A DNA stretch of 64,000 nt, from contig OZ024741.1 in NCBI GenBank assembly GCA_964016885.1, positions 182,218,001 through 182,282,000 on the forward strand, in the 5' to 3' direction. A program made the position numbers and the translations under genes. Source of the stretch: Eledone cirrhosa. Lineage: Eukaryota. The notes under the pieces were generated by a model. It was given only the letters and a program-made list of their open reading frames with translations, did no database searches and was not told the origin of the DNA. This document shows, one piece after another, positions 15,400 to 27,487 of the stretch (its first letter is position 1; each line of letters begins with the position of its first letter).

Positions 15400-16030
15400 A
15401 TTTCTAAGAGAAATCAAGTAAAGAAATTTACATTTTCCCGAAACATTACAAAACTGTTGGTGTTTAGATCAAGGATCGGCAAGCCACAGGACGCAGTTAC
15501 AGTTCAGTTCACCCGGTACATGACCTCCCGTGAATATTTGACATTCCATACTAGCAAGGTCAACCCTTTCGGAAATATTTGTCGCATAACAACAACAATA
15601 CACAAGAAACATAATCTTTAAACATTGCCTAGATAGATGCAATAACACTTTGCTAAACTGCGTCTATTGTTTAGAGAATCAATTGCACATGCGGGGGGGG
15701 GGGGGGGATTATATCGTTTCTAGCAAACACCAATTATATCACAGCGTATCGAAACATGTTTAAAGCAACATCATCCAGCGCAGTGTTCCAGCAAAGAGAA
15801 TTATTAGGAGGAACTCTATCAACATATCGCTTCGTGGAACACACAGATACCGTAAATCTCCTGGTTGCCAAATCCCACTTCATTAAATAGATAAAGCCCA
15901 CCCTGAAATGCTGGAGTGCACAAGAAACATATATTGCATCTCCTGACTATGAGAATGCCCGCCTCAACAACTTTCCCAGATAAAAAAAACATACATGTCT
16001 GATGATGGATTTTAAATCTGAATGTTCTAT
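15400..16030 (+). pseudogene. Highly decayed Penelope-like element ending in a degenerate HHR
   Basis: YLTFHT..PFGNICRI thumb-like and RFVEH GIY-YIG-like patches; CTGATGA-T-GGAT-TTTAA-ATCT-GAA at ~15999. Confidence 0.4.
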
Positions 16031-16076
16031 TGTGTGTTTATCTATCTATCCTCGATTTTATCAATTTTACTGAAAT

Positions 16077-16262
16077 TTATTTAACTTAGCTGCACTGTCT
16101 ATCTATCAATCTATCTATCTATTTAACTTAGCTGCACTATCTATCTATCAATCTATCTATCTATTTAACTTAGCTGCACTGTCTATCTATCAATCTATCT
16201 ATCTATTTAACTTAGCTGCACTGTCTATCTATCAATCTATCTATCTATTTAACTTAGCTGCA

Positions 16263-16331
<69 letters not shown>
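16077..16331. repeat. ~42-bp tandem repeat x5 decaying into (TATC)n
   Basis: Unit TATTTAACTTAGCTGCACTGTCTATCTATCAATCTATCTATC. Confidence 0.9.
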
Positions 16332-16904
16332 GAACAATCAATTACCACTGTACATAGAACTGACCGACCTTACTTACAATAATTTATTCAGCAAGAAAGA
16401 AAGTATTGAAGATACAGTAGATGAAAGACAGGAATAAAAAGAAAGAAAGAAATACATGAAATAGAAAGAAAAAAAATCATTAAAATCCTAGCTTTGCTGC
16501 AAATATCCAAGTAAACAAGCAAGTAAACAAATAACCAACATAAAGTGCTCTTAGTACAGTGAATGACGTGTTGCTGCACTGTTTGTCTTCTAACATAACT
16601 GTGACGTCAGACAGGAGAAATTCCCCCCGCTTGTATTATATAGTTATAACGAATAGACGTAATAAGACAAAAAACAATGGAAGGAGGAGGTGATTAATGA
16701 GAAGGTGGAGGTGATTAATGAGAAGGTGGAGAGCGGGGAGGAGGAGGAGGAGGAGGAGGAGATCGTTGGATTTCTAATATTTGTAGGTTGTTTGCTATTT
16801 CGAAAATCTTGTTCACCTGCCAGGATGTATTGATGACGTAGATTCATTGAATGCATATGCCGGCACGAGTGCTTGTATGTGTGTATGTGTGTGTGTGTGA
16901 GAGA

Positions 16905-17033
<129 letters not shown>

Positions 17034-17554
17034 GGCGTGTAGAAGTATAGTGCAGAGTGTGTTTAGTTTGTCTTTCAGTATGTATTCTTGTAACTAGAGA
17101 GTGCTTATGCGTATATATATATATATATGTTTATTATATAAAACATCTTCTAACTCAGTATTTGCTTTATGTATTGAATATATGACGTACATATGTATGT
17201 ATTTCTGTGTGCCTACGTCTACTTGAGGAGTTCGTCTGCATTATGCACGTAAATGTTAGAAGAGGAAGTTTTACAATTTCAGATTCTTTCCTGTAACATC
17301 TTATGAATGGATCTTCCGTACTATTGTCTATGTATAAATCTGTATTTAAGTTTATGTGAGAATTTTTTGAGACGAGAAGTGTTGTGTTTTACTTTAAATC
17401 CATGTTAGCTGTTACATGCAGACATCGAAATACCGATATGCAAATAAAATTGCTACCGAAGAAGCTGCAGACTACCATCCCACGGACCAAAATCCCTTCT
17501 TTCTATCTTTCTTTCTCACACACATATCCACACACACATACACACATACACACA

Positions 17555-17598
<44 letters not shown>

Positions 17599-17757
17599 GT
17601 GCACTAGCAGCCCGAGGTGTTTCTCATTTTTTCAATTTATAGGGAACTTTGTATTTTCTAGCATGTTTACATGCATATACATTAGATATGTGTATGTTAT
17701 ATTTATATAAACATTGGTGCCATCTCGATTTCCAATTCTGTATTTATAGAGATATAA

Positions 17758-17832
<75 letters not shown>

Positions 17833-17836
<4 letters not shown>

Positions 17837-18356
17837 TTAAGTCGTTTGGAACCCTCGACAATGCAAATGGGTAAATCTCCGGGTAACAAGGTCCGGTGGT
17901 GGAGAGAGAGATGTAAGTGGGTGTACGTTGAGATGCGTGGTGTGTATAACATGTGTGAGATGTGTAGAATGGAGGGAAGAGTATAAAGGATAAAAATAAA
18001 AATAAAAATAAAAATAAAAATAACAACACAAGAGAGAGTTACCTTGGGAGAGATTTAATAGTCCCTATATATTTCGGATTCACATCCATCAACTGGGGGT
18101 TTTTTTCCGGGGTGGGGGAAAAGGTTGTCTGTCGGACAACTCGGAACGCGTCTTTCGCTGTTTGTTGATTTTACATCTCACACATGTTATACACACCACG
18201 CATCTCAACGTACGTACACCCACTTACATCTCTCTCTCCACCACCGGACCTTGTTACCCGGAGATTTACCCATTTGCATTGTCGAGGCTTCCAAACGACT
18301 TAAAGATATTTACTTATTGTTCCACAATGCTTCAAGCAAACTTCAATACTCTCTTA
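17833..18356. mobile_element. Fold-back element in (TA)n with a degenerate HHR in the spacer
   Basis: Arms 17833-17963 / 18173-18308, tail to 18356; minus strand 18061-18098 reads CCCAGTTGAT-GGAT-GTGA-ATCC-GAAA-TATA-TA-GGG. Confidence 0.75.
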
Positions 18357-18370
18357 TATATATATATATA

Positions 18371-18994
18371 TATATGAATGTATATATAGTTTATTTTGCA
18401 ATACACTGTATACTTAATTAAAAGCATTTTGAAGACCTTACGCTATTGTTTTATAGTAGTGACAGTCTCACTTACTTTAAATTTTCACCAAACAGGGGAG
18501 ATAAAGCTGACAGAGCTCTGTTTCGTACTTTTTGGTACTTATCAAAGCTAAGTGCTCCACCTGTTTGCTGAAAATCATGAATGTTTGATTCTTATAGAAT
18601 TCTAGTAATAATCAGGAACTGATTATACAGAGCGGTTGCCGGTCAAGCAGAAATTGAAAATTGGAATTGGTGCTCTGAAATAGCGATATATATATGAATG
18701 TATATATAGTGTATTTTACAGTTCCTGATTATTACTAGAATTCTATAAGAATCAAACATTCATGATTTTCAGCAAACAGGTGGAGTACTTAGCTTTGATA
18801 AGTACCATAAAGTAGGAAACAGAGCTCTGTCAGCTTTATCTCCCCTGTTTGCTGAAAATTTAAAGTAAGTGAGACTGTCACTACTCTAAAACAATAGCGT
18901 AAGGTCTTCGAAATGCTTTTAATTAAGCATACAGTGTATTGTAAAATGCACTATATATAAATTCATATATATATCGCTATTTCAGATCACCAAT

Positions 18995-19000
<6 letters not shown>
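18371..19000. mobile_element. Fold-back, partially tandem HHR element (320-nt unit)
   Basis: Arms 18371-18621 / 18719-18970; direct repeat 18371 vs 18691; flanked by (TA)n. Confidence 0.85.
18505..18549 (-). ncRNA. Type I hammerhead, U3-A8 core variant
   Basis: AGCT-TTGATAA-GTAC-CAAAAA-GTAC-GAAA-CAGAGCTCTG-TC-AGCT; partner copy at 18791-18835 on +. Confidence 0.8.
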
Positions 19001-19057
<57 letters not shown>

Positions 19058-19255
19058 GTATGAAAAAGATTATCCGATGTTTACATTTATTACAAATACC
19101 CAGTATGTAAACAAACATATAAAAATGTATAAAAGTAATAAAAAAGGGAATAAAACTTTATATTCAAACATGCATTGTACAAGTTACAGCATGACTATAT
19201 GGTCATTTGTTTACAAAAATATAGATTTATGGAATATATCCTTTCCAATACTCCC

Positions 19256-19410
<155 letters not shown>

Positions 19411-19449
19411 GTATATATACATACATATATATATACTTGTATATCGTTG

Positions 19450-20428
19450 TGAGACTGCTGACTTGGCTTCATCAAACACAAAGCCAAAGTCAGTCAAATC
19501 AATATTCGCGACCACAACAAATAAAGGACTCTGGGTGGCCACCACTGACAACCGAAATGACAGACCAACGCTATTACTAAATATGAGAGGGCTGGTAATA
19601 CCGACCGACATAAGTAAGATTCCCTACCTAAGAAACCTAGCCACAAGCAATAAAGCAATTTGCATGGCACTAACTGAAACTCACCTGAGTACTCTCATAA
19701 CAGATGTGGAAATATACATGCCAAAGTATAGTTGAATTGCTTTGTACACCCGTGAAGATGTTACACTATTATTACTCTTGTCACATTCCAACTCTGTCTG
19801 TAACACCAGCGATATTCTAGAACCATAAGATAGTAGAACTAGTATGTACAGACCAAGGAAGACTGCAGATATGGAGCCGACAGGAAACACTCGGTCTCTA
19901 TCTAGCTTAAACTTCCACAAAGCTAACTGGAAAAAGATTCAGGAGGAGATCCTGAAGCAAAACTGAACCGAGAGTCTCTCTATGGAAGATGTCAACATAC
20001 AACTTGAGCAATTCATGGAAATAATACAAGCCATATACTCCCCTGAAGAGAAAGGCCAAGAGACACAAAAAATATTATTTCCAGAGACTGGAGAATCCTT
20101 ATGAGAAGGAGAACGAAGATCTCAAACTGGATACATATGCAAGTAAAGAATAAGAAGGAATCCTTTTGAAGCAGACACTGTTTCAAATTGAAAATGAAAT
20201 CAAAGACTCTCAGGAAAAGGAGAGGGCAGAAAGAGAAGCCAGAGATATAGAAAACACAAAGAGAAACTGTAAGGCCTTCTTTAAATTTGCAAAACAGACC
20301 ACCTCGGTACATTACGGGATAGGGCCACTTATCTATAAAAGTGATTCAGTGACCACAGACCCCCAATGGATCAGTGAGGTACTGAACGAGCAATATAAAA
20401 GTCTTCTCACACCTCCAATGTATACGTA
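19450..20428 (+). pseudogene. CR1-group LINE ORF2 remnant (APE endonuclease and linker)
   Basis: LLNMRGL...MALTETHL endonuclease start, NFHKANW, KRNCKAFFKFAK..IGPL..EVLNEQYKS; stops and deletions. Confidence 0.75.
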
Positions 20429-20575
20429 AGATCCAGGATTTTACGCAACTAGGGCATTGACATATATATATAGTGTTTCTTTTTTGCAACAATAAAACTT
20501 TGAAGGGATATCACCAGTCCGACCTCCAGTTATTTTAATCAAATTAATATATATAACAGGTGGATTCCCGATATA

Positions 20576-20748
20576 TATCTGCTGGTGATCACAGTTAAAA
20601 TAGGTACTCAATGCGTTACTAGAGTATAAGCATCTTTATTTTATTATAGAAATGACATCTACCGGACTAAATCTGTTTCATTCGTAAGAAATCATGATTT
20701 CTTACGAATGGAACACTTCTAGACCTCTAGATGTCATTTCTATAATAA
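20576..20748. mobile_element. Family A fold-back element, hairpin centred inside the HHR core
   Basis: Imperfect palindrome 20641-20748 centred on ATCA|TGAT (20694/20695); tail homologous to 14770-14830. Confidence 0.75.
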
Positions 20749-20824
20749 TAATAATTATTATTATTATTATATTTCTGGCAATATTATGACAACATGACCC
20801 TCCCCAAATATAAAAATAAATAAT

Positions 20825-20931
<107 letters not shown>

Positions 20932-21647
20932 GAGCGGCATAGAAAATTGAGGCGAGCTGGTAAAAACGTTGATTGGTTCTATCAAGTTGGACCTTCAGCT
21001 AATATCTGGTCTTCTCACATGTGGTACCTGCAGTTAGAATCAAATTTAAGCCAATATCTGCGTGGGATGTCTATCATCTCCGAGTATGGACGGCCTTAGT
21101 ACTCGAAGATCTGGAGGCATTGGCTGGAATCGGCTCAACCTATCCTGGGTGAACGCCGACACAAGTACAATAAGAACCAGTACTTGATTTGTACTTTTTT
21201 TTCATCCACTGAGAAGAATAAAAGGCAAAATTGATTTTAGCAAGATTTCAAATCAGAACGTAAAGAGCCAAAATAAATGCTGCCTGGCATTTTGTCCGAC
21301 ACTGTAATGATTCTGCAAACCCATGAATTTTGGCATAATAAAAATGACTTATACTTTGTACTTCAGAACCTCTATTTAAAATAGATTGTGGAGCATGTTT
21401 TAATTTAGAATCTTAATAAGGAAAGACAGCTTAAATTGTTACATGGAAAATTCTCTCTATAAAGCTGTTCATTTAAAATTCAGATACGCGAATTTTGTTC
21501 CTGACAAATGTAAGTTCTAAAACGCATACAAATACACATACATGCACACACACACAAGCGCGCGCGCACACACGCACACGCACACACAGACACACACACA
21601 CACATATATACACACACACAACACATATATATATATATATATATATA

Positions 21648-21960
21648 TGATGGCTGCCCCCCTCGTTATCGAGTATGGCCATTGCACGATATACCATTAT
21701 TAATAATTATTAATTAATTCTATCGTGCAATGCCTGTGCGTGAAGGTATTTTTAAAAGTGAGGATAGGCTGTGCACTGAGCCAATCCCACTCTCTGAGCG
21801 CCAGTAGCTATAACCCGAAAAGAAGAAAAGATCAACATCATCGGTAACTACTGAGCCGCATGTTTTATATCAGAGTTATGCCAGTTTCCTGAGTTGCCTT
21901 CTCCTAGAAGAATGCCATGACAAAAGCTAGGGGTCCTTCACTCCCAGTGGTTTAACAGCG
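21648..21960 (-). mobile_element. RTE-derived SINE / non-autonomous element
   Basis: Closely similar opposite-orientation copy at 58507-58843; ends TGGCCATACTCGATAACGAGGGGGGCAGCCATCAT, shared with the RTE end at 58320-58370. Confidence 0.75.
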
Positions 21961-22183
21961 CGGTACATGTGTATATACATATTTATACACTTTTGGATGG
22001 CCGTTGACTCTTATGAGTTCTTCCGCCCTTTGTCAGGTTTTGTTTTTTTTCCTGCAGGGAGTCCAAAATCACCCTCTTCACCAAGCCAACTGGGTTGGGC
22101 TGCCGGTTTAGTCGCCGGCGACCCGACCATGCGACCGGTTGTACTATATATATATAGACATACACACACACACATATATATAT

Positions 22184-22245
<62 letters not shown>

Positions 22246-24734
22246 GAGAGAAAGAGAGAGATGCAATATCTATAAATCTTTAAACAAGTCATATTACAGG
22301 TGATCATTAGAAAGAACTCGTTTGTTGTAAACATTATTCTATATATCAAAAGGACACTGTTATAGCTGGATGGTTGAGATGCCTGCTCCCCAATCCTGTC
22401 GTTCTAGTTCGATCCCCTTGTATGAACCTTTCACAAGTGTCTTTACTATCACCCCTTGACCGACCCAAGTCTTGAGAGGGAAATATGGTATACGTATGGT
22501 GTGCGGAAGCACATTAGATGGGTTGTAGCTGTAATTCAAAGGGTCATCCTTGACACACATTGTATCACACAAATTCGGTTTGGGAATTACGTTAAAGGGG
22601 CTTGTTTCTGGGTGTAACTAGCTACAAGCACGTTAATTTCACGAAAAAAACTGCTTTGTCGATACAACTGGTACACTCATCGTCGAAACCGATAGAGGTC
22701 CATTTATCTTTTAATTTTCGATGCCTAAAATATACATCAGTATGAGTGTGAAAGCTCGTCAGGTGAATTGCACTTATAATTCCAAGGTCCAGCCGTGACA
22801 CGTTATGTCACTGTGTCTAGGCTTGGGAATTACGTTAAGAATACATGTATTGGTGGATTACACAACCTCTTTCACGCTAATTCACGTGAAGGCTCTTCGT
22901 CGAATCTGACGGAGGATCCATCATCATCATCTATTAACAACTATACAGTAATGTTTTCTAACAATGACACAACATCATACATTATTTGGAAGGTGTTAAG
23001 TATTCGATATAGTTATTTCCCAGTGTATGACCGGTACTTGTTCTATTAACTTTGGGTGGGTGTATGGAACGTATAATGACGTAAATATATGCTTCGGCCA
23101 TTCTATTACACTTGGCAATTCTAAAATGATTCTTTCAATAGCAAATCTGTTACAGTAGTGAGTAGGTCAGGATAAGCAGATTCTATTATAATGCCACGAC
23201 TGCTGTAGCTACGAGCAAGATCTGAAGTTCAGATTATGTTAGAGTAACGAACTCATTGTCTTAGCAACTATCAATTAGGTAGAGAAAGATACGGTGCGTT
23301 TCGTTTCTGAAGTAGAAATTGGGAAAATGTTATAAATGCATTCGTTAATGTCAATCCTTGCTGAACTATTCTATAACGAACTGAAGATCAAGCAAGTATT
23401 TCGTTATTGCTGGAAATCAGGCAAGCAGATCAGAGCAAGAGGTTAACATAGAATCTCTCAATGACCAGTTAAAACCATTTCATTTACGCCAGTAATGCTC
23501 TTAGAAACGATCTGAACTTTACAATTTCTCACTTTCCCCTCTCCTCATTAAATAGATGTTATTGTACCTCGCCAGAAGAAGAAAACGTTATTTTTGGATC
23601 AAAGAATACTTGAGTAAGTAGAAATCTAAGCTAACTTCCATTTAATTAACTGCAAGATAACATAGTTAATACATCCAGCCAATAATTTGAAATCAATTGA
23701 AATTGCTCCTGTAATAAAAAAAAAAATAAAATAAATAAAAATGTCATGAGCATTAATAACTATTGTAAGGGGAGACAAGGGAGAGAACTCTGAAATTTAA
23801 ATTCATTAAAAATGCAGTTATACAAAAATTAGTAAAATTGATCTTTGATCTGTGACAACTCTGGATATATTACTGGACTGCCTCAGCGAAGTATGATCTG
23901 ATACATATTTAGCAGATCTCCCGAATAATTAGAGGATATAGTTTACGTGTGAAAATATTTCAATTACTGGAGAATTTCGAATAATTACGTTGGACAATAT
24001 CCAGACTTTCGTATTGCTTAAAGAATGTGTAGTTAAATGTGACCTTAGGTATTAAGACAAAACCAATTTGTAACGGATCCAAACTAAAAAGAAGAAAACC
24101 AATTTTTCACGAATTGAAACTAAAGAGAAGAAAACTCAGTATGTAAGACAGTAGCTACTCTTTCGGATTATGTTAGTATATCAGGTAAAATGTCCTTAGC
24201 TTCTGATGGAGTCGTAGGGGCACCATCCTGTCACGACGTGTCTTGGGCATTTTAAACCTGATTTTATTCCTCTCCAGGTAGGGACACAGCCAATCTCCTT
24301 CAGATAAAATGTCGGCCATGCTAGTAGTCTAGTTTATTTATCGACCTCAAAGGGATGAAATCCAAAGTTGACCTCGGCAGAATTTGAACTCAAATTGCAG
24401 TTAGCCTAAACAAATAACGAAGCATTTTTAATCCGAAGCCCTAACTACTTCGCCAAATCAGTGGAATATATTTTGTGCAGTGGGCAATAAATGCCGTGAA
24501 GAAAAGTCAACATTTTCTGAAAGAATAACTTGCTCATTTCGACAACTATATTTAGTTAAGACCATTTAAGACGATCGAGCTTTTGTTTGGCATGAAACCT
24601 TAACTATATGCAGCCCTAATCCCACTTCTCAGCTCAATCTATGTGGTTTACTCTTATTTGTTCTGTGTACTGAATTTTGAAGCGTGCTTTAATACATTGC
24701 GTTGCATTTTCATCCCGCCTCCCATTTATTATAT

Positions 24735-24887
<153 letters not shown>

Positions 24888-24989
24888 ACATTTATATGAC
24901 ACGTTTGCATTGTATGTATAGGCCCTCTGGCTTGTGAAGAAATGATTAGTATTTTTCATTAGTTTATTCATTACTTTTTCACTCAGAAT

Positions 24990-25930
24990 TATTTCCTTGA
25001 TGTTCTGTCGGTATTGGTTTGCTAAATATCGAGCTGAATCATATCGCTGTAACTAACACCTTTGTTCTTGTTGCGCTAAGCAAATGTGCGTTCTATACAA
25101 TCAGGAAATTCACCTCCCTATCTAACAGCTTTCAGATAACTATTCATTTAAATTTTTTACCATAGGCTTCTATTACAATTGGGATAATAAGTTTACGGCA
25201 ATGCCAAATTCTCTGCACTTCGTATATCAGATCCTCGTAATTTTCTATCTTCTCCAGTTTTTTGCCACTCTATTATCAAACGCCTAAACAACATCAGTTA
25301 GTCAACATATTCTTCCTCTTTCCTGAGTTTTATAATAACTGGGAGGGGGCGAGTGTACTATTTGTCTGTCCGTTTCGACCTTGGTATATAAGAGAACCTT
25401 TACGTAGCTGTTTTCAAGGAAATGTTCTTCTTTGTTGTCAAACCACTTTTTCACATGTTCAACTTCAAACTTATTCGCCAAATTTGTCATGTCTTCAGTT
25501 CTTATAATCAAATTTGCAGCTTTGTGATGCTTCCAGTTCGTCTAATCTTTTTGAGCTAGGATCGTACCTTCAGACAGTGCATGCACCACCGTCTCTTCTC
25601 TGTCTCCCATACTTATATTATTTCTAATGTATCTTGTTTTGGTTGCATGAACTTGCTCAGCTACGATTAAGCGCCTTGTCCTTTTCTTCAGAACTCCCTT
25701 CTTTAACCACAAGCTTTTCTGTTGACAACTTTGGTTTCTAGTTCTGAGGATGTCATTTTTTTCTTCCTTCACTCAATAGAACCTATCCTCGCACTACTTT
25801 AAAAAAAAACATATCGGTGTCGACAACATTCTTCTTCGAACTCTCTACCACTAACCCCACACACTCTTCTAGAATTATCAGTCTTCATCTTCCCCCTGTT
25901 TTAATGAAATATAACCTATCATCATCTGCC
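24990..25930 (-). pseudogene. R4/Dong-like (RLE) non-LTR retrotransposon C-terminal remnant
   Basis: LIVAEQVHATKTR, EETVVHALSEG..LAQKD (decayed CCHC knuckle), LENSYVKVL..VETDRQI, IIPIVIEAYG. Confidence 0.7.
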
Positions 25931-26002
25931 AGTTATTGTAAGACTCTGTATATGAGACAGAGGTTTGAAGGCAAGTCTATGGGTAGGGCAGTATTGAGAT
26001 CT

Positions 26003-26077
<75 letters not shown>

Positions 26078-26429
26078 AAAAGCAGTTTTGAAAATTAGGC
26101 TGTATGACTTACAATGATAATATCATTACAACAAACACGTGGAATATATACAGGAAACAGAAACTTCGGAATTGACAAGCACATGGATAATTCCTGCTCA
26201 TCTGGTTGATCATGATAGTTTCGGAAGCTTATGATGTTTTTCAGTTAAACGGAAGAGAACCACAGATAGATAATGTACACATATATATTTCATCTGGAAA
26301 TTCCATCTATACATCTAGAACCGCTTCATTCGTTCGAAATCGGCATGATGATTTCAATCGATGCAACAGTTGCAGTTCTGTAGAAGCTATTTATGTCTTT
26401 GAAATGTATATGATGTGTGTGTGTGTGTG

Positions 26430-26481
<52 letters not shown>

Positions 26482-26484
<3 letters not shown>

Positions 26485-26677
26485 CAAAGGAATTGTGGTA
26501 AGGAACCAGATGCACCATAACGCACCAGAGTACTCAATACTTAGGGTAGTAGAGTGGGAAATAGGAAAAAGTATGACCCCGACGGCAGAGTTCAAGCCGT
26601 TTCGACGGCTATTTCTGAATATAATCCAGAAATAGCCGTAGAAACGGCTTGAGCTCGGGGTCATACTTTTTCCTATT
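26482..26677. mobile_element. Fold-back element with half hammerhead
   Basis: Tail 26482-26559, arms 26560-26617 / 26627-26677; minus strand GAAA-CGGC-TTGAACTCT-GCCG-TC is a perfect stem III with GUC. Confidence 0.7.
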
Positions 26678-26721
<44 letters not shown>

Positions 26722-27487
26722 ATGTGTATCTTTGCGCGTGTGTGTGACTTACTTGTAAGACAGTGAACAATATAGGTTTGATAATTCTCTGCATGCATGG
26801 CCCGTGCGGTGTTAGACCTTTTTTCTACAAACTTTACTGTCATAAACAGATATTGTTTGCATTGTAATCAAGCATCTATTTATAATCAAAAGATACCATA
26901 ATACGTTCTCTAACTCATAGGATTGCTTGAATGCGTGAATAGAATACCATAATATTTTGCACTTAGAAAATATTAGCCAACATCTATATAGCCGTATATT
27001 CTTTCAATGGGAATATTCTTTTTTAAAATCTGGATATAGAAACATGATACTTTTGCTCTAAGCCGATGCAGTGGAGTATGACTTATGTAATTAATAATAT
27101 TAGCTATGGTCGGTCGTCCATAAAGTAACGGGCAAGAACAAGGGTATGTTCAGTAAACTTTCAATAAAGCCTGCTTTGCTTAGTTACTTATTTTCTTTGA
27201 TAGATAGACAGATAGATAGGTAGATAGATAGGAACGTGGGTAGGTGGGTAGGTAGGTAGGTAGGTAGGTAGGTAGGTAGGTAGGTAGGTAGGTAGATAGC
27301 TAGATAGATATATTTCTTTATTTGCCACAAGGGCGCACAAGACAGAGGGACAATACAATGACATATGCCGGGGATTTTATATACAATCGTGTAAAAAAAT
27401 AAATAAATATATAGATAGGAAGGTGGGTAGGTAGGTAGGTAGGTAGGTAGGTAGGTAGGTAGGTAGGTAGGTAGGTAGGTAGGTATG

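Noticed and set aside
23100-24050. Possible hAT transposase relic (YLAD-like patch)
   Set aside because: Too decayed to support by eye.
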